Source: Prorocentrum cordatum (Eukaryota). From it: DNA of 57,425 nucleotides. The notes below the pieces were generated by a model. The model was not told where the DNA came from and did not search any database. It saw only the letters and a list, made by a program, of their open reading frames with translations. This document shows positions 13,449 through 24,200 of this stretch, piece by piece; within the stretch, counting starts at the first letter, position 1; the number at the start of each line of letters is the position of its first letter. Both the position numbers and the translations under genes were made by a program. The stretch covers positions 62,001 to 119,425 of the forward strand of contig CAUYUJ010000027.1 in assembly GCA_963575745.1 (NCBI GenBank), read 5' to 3'.

Positions 13449-13541
13449 GAGCGGTTGGACCAGGTGTCGGAGCGCCTGGCGCGGCACGAGGCCGCCACCG
13501 CGGCGCTGGCGGGGCTCGGTGGGGAGCTGCGCACGCTGCAG
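13449..13541 (+). CDS. Exon of host coiled-coil gene
   Basis: Pyrimidine tract then GAG|G acceptor, 31 codons ERLDQVSERLARHEAATAALAGLGGELRTLQ, CAG|GA donor. Confidence 0.7.
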
Positions 13542-13907
13542 GAGACTTTCGCAAGGGGCTCCTACTTACGCACCGCCGTCGTGTACGGCAAGGGCCACCC
13601 CTGGGCCTCAGGACCCTGGGGTCCTGGCGTTGCAATGTGTTCACGAGTCAAGTACAACTGGCACGAGGGTAAAGACCAATCGTAGTTTTGGGAAGGTATC
13701 CTTCAATTCTTCGCTGTTGGACGCTCCACCTGGGACTGCTCTTCGTTTTGGATATCTCCATGGGTCCTTGGGCTTTCAGCGAAGGGGCCCATGTTCTTGA
13801 TCCATGTTCTTGGGGCTTTGTTTCGAGTGCATGCCTTCCACCAGGCGGTGCGTGAGCAGAGTGTGACATAACAACATGGCGGGCCGCTGGCCGCGCTAAA
13901 GTTGTTC

Positions 13908-14354
13908 AGAAGAGGAAGAGGAAGAGGAGGAGGAGGAGGAGGAGGAGGAGGAGGAGGAGGAGGAGGGGAGGAGGAGGAGGAGGAAGGAGGAGGAGGAGGA
14001 GGAGGAGAGGAGGAGGAGGAGGAGGAGGAGGAGGAGGAGGAGGAGGAGGAGGAGGGGAGGAGGAGGAGAGGAGGAGGAGAGGAGGAGGGAGGAGGAGGAG
14101 GAGGAGGAGGAGAGGAGGAGGAGGAGGAGGAGCGGAGGCGGAGGCGGAGGAGGAGAGGAGGAGGGAGGAGGCGGAGGGAGGCGGAGGAGGAGGAGGAGGA
14201 GGAGGAGGAGGAGGAGGCGAGGGGAGGAGGAGGGAGGAGGAGAGAGGAGGAGGAGGAGGAGGAGGAGGAGGAGGATGAGGAGGAGGTTGAGGAGGAGGAG
14301 GATGGAGGAAGCGGAGGAGGAGGAGGAGGAGTTTGAGGAGGAGGAGGAGGAGGA
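13908..14354. repeat. (GAG)n tract
   Basis: Seen directly. Confidence 0.97.
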
Positions 14355-14864
14355 GTGGATCGACCACATAATTGATATGCTCCAGAAATGATTTTCGCGT
14401 CGGATTTACGAAAAACGCGTACAGTCAACCCGCACAGTAAGGATAGGCAACCCTCCCCAGGGTACCCGTGTATCCTTGCCTCCTCGGCCCATCCTTGGCC
14501 ACTTTCGTCGGCCGCGCCCCGCTCGAGAAGCTTCGAGATGGGCGTCCAAGGCCCTCGCATCCGTATGGCGCATCCTTCTGAGACGGGCTGACCGTAGGGG
14601 ATCAACCACATAATCGATTTGCTCTAAATGGATTTGCTCGTCGGATCCACGAAACAAATACGTGGAGTGTGCCGTATATCTGCGAGCACTCCACGTATTT
14701 TTCGTACACTCGATGAGTAGATCAATTTTGGGGTACACTGATTCTGCAGTCGACTCCCTTCTGGAACAGACCAGCACCGAAGCCGCCACGACGCGAGCCC
14801 ACCGCAGACGCCCTCCTGCCCGAGGAGATCCAGAACGAGATCGCCGAGGTGCAGAGGTCGGCCG

Positions 14865-15212
14865 CGCGCAGAAAGGGGGGCACGGGGGGAGGGGGGAGTG
14901 CTTCTCGGAAGCACCCCTGCTCCTCAGAAGGCGCGGGCCTCGTCTGTAGACGTAAGGAAAAACGCCATAAACATAAACTTTTGGCGCTCCGTGCGGATTT
15001 CTTGGATGCGTGCTGGGCTCCCCTGGCGGCGCCTCCGGCCCCGCCCCCTGGCGCGCTCTGCGCGCCAGGGGGGCCCAGCGCAGATCCAAGAAATCCGCGC
15101 GGAGCGCCCAAAGTTTGTTTATATGGCATTTTTTCTTGTTCTATTAAGGCTGGCGCCGTCTTAGAAGCAGCCTCCTCCTGAGAAGCCTTCCCCCCTCCCC
15201 CTACCCCCTTCC
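14865..15212. mobile_element. Nested palindromic MITE-like elements
   Basis: An inner palindrome at 14965-15127 (CCATAAACATAAACTTTTGGCGCTCCG...CGGAGCGCCCAAAGTTTGTTTATATGG) sits inside an outer palindrome family seen uninterrupted at 4460-4635. Confidence 0.65.
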
Positions 15213-15760
15213 AGACAGGCGACGTCCTGATTTTTTTCTGCGCGGTCCCGAGAAGTCCCGACCCTTTGCCCTGGGGCTTGTTCTTCATTCCGAGATTCGG
15301 CTTTTGCCGGTCCTGGGGCCCAGTGAGGGCCAGGGCCCCCCAGGGGCGAGCACGGACGTTGCAACAAACATTGCAACATCGCAAACAATCACGACCAGAG
15401 CCCCGGACCCCATCTCTCTGCGCCATTTTTCGAGCCCGATCGATCCGCGAGGGTCCCAGGGCCCGAAATCGAGCGAAATCGCCCGGTGTGATGAAAAGAC
15501 TTGCCACGTAAGGATCTCAGGGTGATTCTCTGACCAGAACCTCCCGTCCCGATCTCTCCGCGGCGCGAGCACCCCAGACCCCCGACGTCGTGCTTTTTTT
15601 TCGCAGCGTCGACCCTCAGAGGTCTGGACCCCTTCCCTGGGACCGGTTCTTCGCCCCGAGTCGTTCATTGACGGTCCCGCGGCACGGTGAGGGCCCCTGT
15701 GAGGCTGAAGGTGAGCGACAAACCTCCCGCCGTGATTTCTCCACCGCGCGAGGGGTCGCA

Positions 15761-15954
15761 GGCCTAGAGATTGACACAAGCACCAATATCGGCGGTGTGC
15801 ATCCACCGAGGGAGGAAGATCCGGATCTCTGTGATGGGGGTAATATTCTGGCTTCCAAGGTGGCCGAAATACTGCCACCAACCCCGAAATCGAGGGTCGT
15901 CTTCCCCCTGGGGAGGCAACCCCCGGTGTTGGTGCTGGTGCCCATTTCTAGGCC
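15761..15954. mobile_element. Palindromic MITE-like element; an interrupted homolog lies at about 1712-2057
   Basis: GGCCTAGAGATTGACACAAGCACCAATATCGG...CCGGTGTTGGTGCTGGTGCCCATTTCTAGGCC. Confidence 0.65.
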
Positions 15955-15999
15955 TCCAGGGGGGGTCCGGGGGCGCCCGGGCCCTGCGCGCCGCCGGAG

Positions 16000-16131
16000 A
16001 GGCTCGCCGGCGAGGCCACCTCCGCGCACGAGGCGGACGTCCTGGCGCGCCTCGCGCGCCTCGAGGCCGGGGGCGCCGGGCACGTCTCGCGGCTGGAGGC
16101 CCGGGTCCTCGCGCGCCTGGACGGCCTGCAG
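16000..16131 (+). CDS. Exon of host coiled-coil gene (absent from the ORF track)
   Basis: 44 codons RLAGEATSAHEADVLARLARLEAGGAGHVSRLEARVLARLDGLQ with very high GC3, CAG|GA donor. Acceptor position less certain. Confidence 0.65.
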
Positions 16132-16170
16132 GAGCAGGGGGGCGAAGGCCTCCCGAGTATCGGGGGCGTC

Positions 16171-16595
16171 AAAGAGGGGGGTGATGACTGGGGGGGGGGT
16201 GGATATCATGGCCGGGGCCATGATATTCCCCCAGATTTCACGGCGCCTCTTCTTATTTCATTACGTCCCCGGCCCCCCCGCTGGGCCGCGCACATGCCGC
16301 CGGTCATGATTTGCACCCCCCGCTCTTGGACACCCCCCTCTTGGCCGCTCCCGGGAGGAGCGGGGGGGGGCGAAGACCTCCCGAGTAGGGTTAAGTCGGG
16401 CCTGTCCCCCATACAGGAGGATTTTCGACGAAAAGTAAAGAATACCCCAAAAGTACCCCCCAAAGGTAACAAAAATACAAAGAAATAGTCCCCCGACTAT
16501 TTTTGGACTATTTTTTGACCATGTTTTGGGTATTTTTTATTTCTCGTCGAACATCCCCCTGTAGGGGGACAGGCCCGACCTAAGAGTAGGGGGTC
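16171..16595. mobile_element. Two adjacent foldback/MITE-like palindromes (16171-16342 and 16375-16595)
   Basis: AAGAGGGGGG...CCCCCCTCTT, and GTCGGGCCTGTCCCCCATACAGGG...CCCTGTAGGGGGACAGGCCCGAC. Confidence 0.6.
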
Positions 16596-17929
16596 GGCTG
16601 CAGACCCAGAGGTCCGACGCTCCAGCAAAGATGGAAGCAGCGGGTTTGGACCCGTTTGTCGGCCTCGGGGGCCCTCGCTGAGCCTCGGGAGCGTCAGCAA
16701 GAGGGCTCAGGACGAAAGGCCGTCCCTGGGGAAGTGGTCCAGGCCTCTGGGGCCGACGCATCGGAAAAATTGGAGCGGTCGGATGTCTGGGGAGTGGAGT
16801 GGAGGTAGGACAGGGGTTGTTGTGGAGACCCAGGTGGTGTCGCAGTTGATGGTGTCGGAGGATCGCGCCGCATCGCCAATGCATCGCCGATGCTGCTCGA
16901 TGTGGAGCCCGACTTCCTTCACGTCGACGTCGCCGATGCATCGCTGGGCACCGCAATTACCCCTGAATGCCACCTCTCTCCGACATCCAAAAAGCGTAGG
17001 GGACGTACTACAGAATTGATGTACCCGCTGTGGCATGCAGAGGGGATAAGCAGACACCTCCTCCTCCTCCTCCTCCTTTCATCTCTCTCCTCCTCCTCCT
17101 CCTCCTCCTCCTCCTCCTCCTCCTCCTCCTCCTCCTCTCCCTTCTCCTCCTCCTCCTCCTCTTCCTCCTCCTCCTCCTCCTCCTCCTCCTCCAATCCGCG
17201 TCGTTCCCCCTGTGGCAGGGCGGGGGGACAAAAGATATCTCTCAGAGACCGTGCGGGCCCTCCGTCGCTGGCGGGCATACGAGGGCGCAGCGGCCTCCTC
17301 GGTCCCCCTCCCCGGGGGGCCCTGCCGTGCGAGCCTTGCCACGGGAAGCGGTGACGAAGAAGTCTCCCTCGGAGCCCTCTGCGGCACTCCCGAGGCAAGC
17401 AGGGGAGGAACATTGAGACAGTTGAGGAGGAGGAGGAGGAGGAGGAGGAGGAGGAGGAGGAGGAGGAGGAGGATCGGATCGGATCGGATCGGATCGGATC
17501 GGATGTCCGCGAAAGAGCTGCAGTCAGCTTCTGCCGGGGGCGTGTCGCGGCCAAGGGTGCCACAACGAGCCACGGGCCTGTTCAAATCGGGCCTATTCGA
17601 TCGAGGGGTCCATATGATGTGACCCTCAACGATCAACTCGACTGTGGAAGCACGAGCAAGGGAAAGTGACAGGGCACCTGACGCCCAACAGCACCCCAAC
17701 CCAATCGATACTCATCCTCATCCAACCGTCAACCCACCTCCTCCTCATAGGCGGCGGCGGCGGCAGGCAAGCGCGGCGCGCCTCGCCGAAGTTGGTGTTC
17801 CCGACCAATCGGGACGGATGGCACGAGAGGAAAGAGCAAGTCATGAAGCACGAGCACGCTGCTGCTGCTGCTGCTGCTACTGCTTGCTCTCCCTCGCATA
17901 CTACAAAAAGAAAGACAAACACATTGCCT

Positions 17930-20900
17930 AGCTAGACGGCGCACAGACGAAATCCGTGCTGCACAAGCCTAGCCAAGGCACAAGTGTGACGAACATAAGA
18001 CATATAACATATACTCAACCCCATCCTCGTCAAGTCAAGTACGCGTAGCAGCTCGAAACCATTGATGCAAATCGGCCTGCACGATTGAGGGGCTGTAGTA
18101 TAAACTGTAGAGCCTGTATACGATGCGATACTAGCCGACACAATAGAGCCAAGCCAGACCAGCACCGAGAACCAACGTGATGAACTGTAAGCCTCGGAAT
18201 ATCGCCGATAAGCCTGAACCAGTTCAAGCACTAAAAATCACTGCGTGCCAGAGCTTCGCAATCGGCTGCCTGACCTGCCTAATACCTCTTCGATACGAGC
18301 GAACCGACGCAATATAACCGAGTGTGATCTCCGGCATTCCTGCTTTATTTTTCTGTCGATCGTGGTTGGCGGAACATGCTTCCGTTCCTTAACGTACGTG
18401 CTGCGTGCCAAGCGTGCAGTGCTCCGTAGGCGGTGCCGCACACGATGGCGCAGGGCATGCCTGCATATGGGAACTGAAAGCCTGAATACACTCTAGGTCT
18501 TGAAGCATGCGCCTGTCCAGCTGCGGCTTCGCGGATAACATACCTAGGCTGGCCCGTGCCGAAGGCACAGGCACGGTGACACTCAATTGGACAAGGTAAT
18601 GATCAGCTTTGGAGACAATGAGCTCGATATCCTTACTTACCTTTGACCCTGAGGGGTATTGTAAGCACTTCTTAGGGACGCCAATCTAGTCAATGCGTTG
18701 TGCATGGAAAAAGCCATCAGGAGGGATCCAGGTTTTGCGGTCAACCGCGGGGCCCAGAAACGTGCAAGACAAACACAAATCCAGCTCCCTAAACATTTGA
18801 TGCATACATGTCCCGCAGAAGGACTCCAGCTCTGCATCAACACTTCCAATGGACCCTGAAACGGTCGAGCCCGCCGTCGCGTTGGCATCCATGAGTAAAA
18901 ACAATTAGTCGGCCTGGCCAGCCGCTCTTCTCAACGTAGCTGTAGTATCCTTCCACCATGCGAGTTTCTCACTGTTGTTTTGTCCTGAATGCGGTGCGTG
19001 TGCTACACAAAAGGTCACGCTTAAAGCAGCCAGCGCCAGGTTAGCGACCAACAGTGTAGGTGCAGCAGCAGCCGCCACGTTAAGCCTGTTCCTGGAAATT
19101 CAAGTGTCCTTCCTGCCTGGAATGAAACCCTTGTGTAAACGAAACCATAAAGAACAGCCGTGACTCCCAGACTCATGTCTTGGGTCATGTAGTACCAGGA
19201 AAGATCCGACATGACACCCACCCGGATTAGGCATACGAGTCTCGGCAGTACCAACAACCATAAAGTCATACTGTCGAAACTCTTCAGCTAGAAGCCTAGG
19301 ACGACCAGCCATATAAGCTCCAATGTATCTAGGACCACGTTTATGCTTGTTCCTGCTCATATTCTTGCCAATGCACCTGATCTTTTTAGGTTACACTAGT
19401 GTGATCATGTTAGCAACTTCTAGGCGAAGTTCCAAACGCGAGGACAGGTCTCGCCCCTGAGAGTTTTCCAGAGTAAAAAGATCTGGAACGTGTCCAACGC
19501 ATCTTTGCATTGGTGGATTCTCATGTGGGGCATTTGAGTCGACGATGATCATGCCCCCTTGCCTAATGCTCGGATATTGTCGTCTCCCACTGGTCGGCAA
19601 TAGCGGCAACCATGCCCACAAAGCCAACTGTGGATCGTGTAAAAAAGGCAGTCACGGACACGCAACAGTATTCTCTAGTATTCCCATGCCCGCTAGCGCT
19701 GCGTGTTTATGAACAAGATGTTGTGCGTGTGCATGAACAGGATGCTGTGAGTGTGCACGAACAGGATGCTGTACGTATTCGTTGAAACGATGCTGTGCGT
19801 GTGCATGAACATGTCTGAAAGCTGCCGTTTGCTTGTACATGAACACGTGAAAGACAGAACGCAAACATGATGACAAACCTGCCAACGGTGGTATGTCCCA
19901 TACACCTTGCGCTGCGTTCGTGACAACAACGTTATCTAGGTAGAACTGAAACTGGACATCTGCAAAAGGAGACTGGAGTGCCCACGACATCGCCCACAAT
20001 AAAGCGAGCGTCTCTGACACTAAGCTGAGCTGCGTGGGCGCCACACAAAATTCATCACGAAGAAATGGGCCTGCACGATCGACGAAATGATGATAATCGC
20101 TGCTTCCAGAAACAATGAGGGTACATAATGCCCACGGAGGTTTCACATCTGTGGGGGCAGCGCCCCCACTGCCATCACAGCGTCGTCTATGTCGTCGACA
20201 CCTGCTGGAGAGGCCGCCGCCACTTCGACCGTGGTCTCCACCGCGTCCGTAGAGCCAGCATGAGCTGGTGCTCGTCGGCCTGGCGAAGGACTTCTGGTCG
20301 GGCGGCGTCGAGGCCGATGATCTGGATCGTTCCTGTGAGCTCCACCCCTCTTTGGCGTAGCCACAGGATGTTGCCGTGCAGCACGAGGTTGCGCAGCTGG
20401 TAGCAGATGGGGAGCAGCGGCATCCTCCGTAGCTCTCGCACTCTCCGCTGCCTCCACGTGTGATGCACCTCCGCGCAATGCCGACATCAAAGCTTCGTGT
20501 CTGTTGTTGACTGTGATAACTTGAGCTCCAATAGCATTGATACTCGCATCGATATGTGACAGACGCAGTGAGTGAGGTAACAATCTGTGCCAACTGTCTT
20601 TGCATGATGGCCATGTCCGATAAGTGCTGCTGTTGCTGCTGCTGCTGGTGTTGCTGAGACGCACTGTGCTGGGGTCCAACAGGCGACGGCGCATTGGGAG
20701 TAGTCGGCGCCGCATCTCCTGGTGGAGTCGCTGTACCCGTCACCTCTGCGTCCATGTCCGAAGCTGTCGACCGTAGCTCGATCATAGCTTCGTGGTGCCT
20801 TTGGACCCATTCGACTGCAAGATCTCGTTTGTCCTGCAGCTCGCTGAGATAGTGTTTTGACTTTTCTATCTTGGTGTCTATGTCCTGAAGCCTCACTTCC

Positions 20901-20941
20901 GATCGTTGAAGAGCCGATTCCTGTCTGGACAACTGACCTTT
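17930..20941 (-). mobile_element. LINE-like element A remnant: ORF1 coiled coil, RNase H, AP-like (EEP) endonuclease; no RT visible
   Basis: RNase H motifs CDGSG, SETLALLWA, FYLDN and HVHAH..FNE (about 20190-19700). Endonuclease-like VVGTAETR, GSHGCSLW, MDANAT and ADHYLV in broken frames (about 19420-18590). Left boundary approximate. Confidence 0.72.
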
Positions 20942-21071
20942 TGTAACTGATCAGTAATTTTCTCTATCCGTTGCGTTCAGGTTTAGCGTTTAGTGTTGTA
21001 CGCATGTTTGCACCCGTGGACGGTACTTTGGCTCAAGGGAAAAGTGTCCAGTGTGCTCTGCTGCTGCCACA
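20942..21071 (+). repeat. 5' LTR (130 bp)
   Basis: TGTAACTGATCAG...CTGCCACA. Identical to 30532-30661 except at position 5 (A vs G). Confidence 0.97.
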
Positions 21072-21073
21072 GT

Positions 21074-21093
21074 TGGTAGCGGAGCCGGTTCGA
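21074..21093 (+). promoter_or_regulatory. Primer-binding site, probably for initiator tRNA-Met
   Basis: TGGTAGCGGAGCCGGTTCGA begins 2 nt after the LTR. Its reverse complement TCGAACCGGCTCCGCTACCA resembles the T-arm, acceptor stem and CCA end of eukaryotic tRNA-iMet (compare TGGTATCAGAGC/TGGTAGCAGAG PBSs). Confidence 0.85.
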
Positions 21094-21204
21094 CCGGCGC
21101 GGCCATGGGCAGCGCGGCCAGTCCCTGAGGGGGCGCGGCACGCGCGGCTCGAGAGCCGCCGGTCGGCGCCGGCTCGCGCGAGCTAGGCGGCGTGGATCCA
21201 CGGC

Positions 21205-24200
21205 ATGCCCGATGACGGCGACGACAGGGGCGGCACGTTCATGGCGACACTGCCCAGCGCCGAAGGCGCAGGGGGACCAGCGTCCCCTCCGACTGCGCAG
21301 ACGGCCGTGTCGGTCACACCGGAGCAGCTGAGGGAGCTCGTGGCGGGAATGGTGCGAGACACCATGGGCGCCGCGGCGGGGGCCGCGGCGAGCGAGGACC
21401 CTTGGCAGCGCGGGGCAGCAGCGTCGTCAAGACGCGGAGCGGCCGAGTCGGCCGCAGCAGCAGCAGCAGCAGCGGCAGAGCAGCCCCGCAGTACCGACAG
21501 CGACAACGATTGGAAGAAGAACGGCTGGAAGGACTACGGCCAGAACGACGACGATTGGAAGAAGAACGGCTGGCACGAGTACGGCCAGGACAAGGATGAC
21601 ACCTGGGACGGCTGCCGCCAGAAGAGCGACTGGTCCAACACCTGGTGGGGCCCCTCGCCGAAAGGCGACTTCAGCGACCCTCCAGGGTGGCCTGGGTGGA
21701 CGCATTACCGAATCTGGAAGAAAGCCATCAGACGTTGGAATGACAATACCGACGTTCAGCTATGGAGGAGATCAGAAAAGTTTTTTCGTCTGTTTGATTG
21801 GAATATGCAGATGAAGTTCGAGGATCTTCCAGATACAGTGTTGAGCAGTGCTGGATGGCTCGATGCAGTTCTAGGTCGTATGGACCTCATGATTGGGGAA
21901 CGCGAAGGTGATGAGTTGAGACGGTCAGGCAGAAAAGCACTATACGAAGGTCTGCGTGAGCCCAAAGAGACCTTGACACAGTACGTGAGTAGAAGAGAGT
22001 CTCAATTTCTAGAAGCTGAAGGCAATGATATGTGGCTCTCGTCAAAACTGAAGGGCCTGATGCTCGAGGAAGGTGCCCAGCTGACTCAGCAATCAATGCA
22101 AAACCTCAGGACCCTCACGAAGGGTCGCCTCGACTACGACAGTGTCAGTTGGGCTCTGAGACAAATGGATGCCGCTGGGAGTGAGCGTCTCATGTCCGGC
22201 AGGCCCAATGCGGCACTGTTCGGCGCCGAGGACGAAGATCCCGGCGACAGTGAGCAGTTTCTCTCCTCTCACTCCTACCCCTCAGGTCGGTTCGAAGGTG
22301 GTGAGGACCTCGACGAGGACGAGGAGGAAGAGTACGAGGTCGACGAGCAGGACATCGAAGCTTTGATGGCCGATCTGGAGGATCTGGACCTGAATGAAGA
22401 TCAGGTCGATGAGGCTGTTGCCAGCTTCTTCGAGGCCCGATCGAACAAGAGGACCTGGAAGCAAAACAAAGACATGAAGCTGGCCGCTCGAAGAGATCGA
22501 GAATACTTCGGAGCAAAGGCCAAAGGAGCAGGAGCTTCTCCACCACCTCCTGGGCTTCCCGGCGGCCATCGGGGAGGAGGGGGTCGTGGCGGACGAGGAC
22601 GAGGACGAGGTGGAGGCGGCAAAGGGCGCGGATTCAAGCCCCAGCTCTCCATCGAGGCCTTGATGAAGATTACTCGCTGCCGCCTGTGCGACGAGAAGGG
22701 GCACTGGGGCAACGAGTGTCCGAACCCAGACAAGAAGAAGGAAGGCCCACAGCGCCGGCCCCGCAACGACCGGCGGCAGGGGCTGAGCGCCTACACGTTC
22801 ACCGGCTGCACGGTGACCGAGGAGCTGACCGCGGAGATGCTAGACGAGCTCACCGACGCGCGGAAGGAGCTCGACGGCGGCGACTTCCTGGTGGCCGGTC
22901 CCACACAGGGCCTGGTGGATCCAGGCGCAGCCGGGGATCTCGTGGGCCGGGAGGTGCTCAATCGAGAGTCCAAGGCTCTGGGGCGCTTTGGGCTCCGGTA
23001 CGAGACGATCCCGAAGGAGTATCAGCGGCCTCGAGCAGCTCATGGGGTAGGAGGTTCTGCGACTGTACTGTGCAGTATTCTCTTTCCTCTGTGCCTTGGT
23101 GGTGTGCTAGGGGTGGTCGAGACCACCGTGCTCGAGGATGACGTGCCACACATCCTGAGCGTGAATTTACTAGATTTCCTTGGATGCACCATAGATCTCC
23201 CGCGTAACGTCATGAGGTCGGAGACGCTCGGGATAGACTTGCCCCTGACCAGACTTGGGTCAGGCCACCGCATGGCCGAGATAGTAAAGAAACTGGCCGG
23301 CCCGACACACCCTTTGCCGGAGTCGGCACGCTTGAAATATCCTTTTCAGAACGATCAGTCGTTCCTGCTGAAGGACGGTTCGCCTCCCGAGATGCTGCGC
23401 TCCGGAGAGTTGCGGGACTATATCATCATTATCATCATACTGAGCACGATCATCTTCAGCATCAGGGTCATGTCCAGGCTCTTCCCCAGGATCCAGGTGA
23501 ACCTAGGTAGCATGATCAAGGGCGTCTGGGAGATCCCCATGGTGTCTGTCAGGCTCTTCGGGTCTCGAGCTCAGTTGGCGTCCCTAAGACAGGTCGGGAC
23601 CTTAGGATCAGAGAATGAAGCTAAGGTGAAAGCGAGGACCTGCGGACCAACCCCAGCACCAGACGAGGGCACTCTAGCTATAGATCGGTCGACTTTCTCC
23701 GTAGCCATCGGCTCGAGCGAGCGTCGACATACTTTGTCTCGACCTCGTGCCTTCTTTGAGTACGACCGACAACGCCACCACGAGAGAGGTCATGCGACCG
23801 AACCTGCTCCTCAGGATCATGGTGATTCGTCTCCTGGCGGCTGCCGCGGGAAAGGGCAAGAAGCCCGGCGCCCAGGAGGCCACGGAGGAGTTCCTGAGGC
23901 AGCAGGCTGCTATCCGTGCACTGGTGGAGGCCAACCCCGAGGCGTTTCAAGATCAGCCAGGCGCTGGAGGGGCACTCCCAGTCCCGATGGACACCGGCGG
24001 CGACCCGTGGGTCGATCAGGGTCTCCAGGGAGATCACGGCTTCCACGAGGACAGCATCGGGGGCATCACGGCGCCGGGCGGGAGTCAGCACCAGGCGGAG
24101 GAGACAGCCCCCGGCGGAGGTGCAGGTCAACCGGCCGAAGCAGCGGGACAGCCCCATCTTCCGCAGGGAGCACCTCCGCAGATGGGCAACGCATTCTTGG

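Noticed and set aside
21074..21093. GGTTCGA T-loop-like motif suggesting a tRNA gene
   Set aside because: It is the antisense tRNA complement forming the PBS; no cloverleaf is present.
23420..23480. Apparent transmembrane stretch IIIIIILSTIIFSI in the gag-pol frame
   Set aside because: It derives from an (ATC)n-like low-complexity run that reads as poly-His in another frame; no support for a membrane role.
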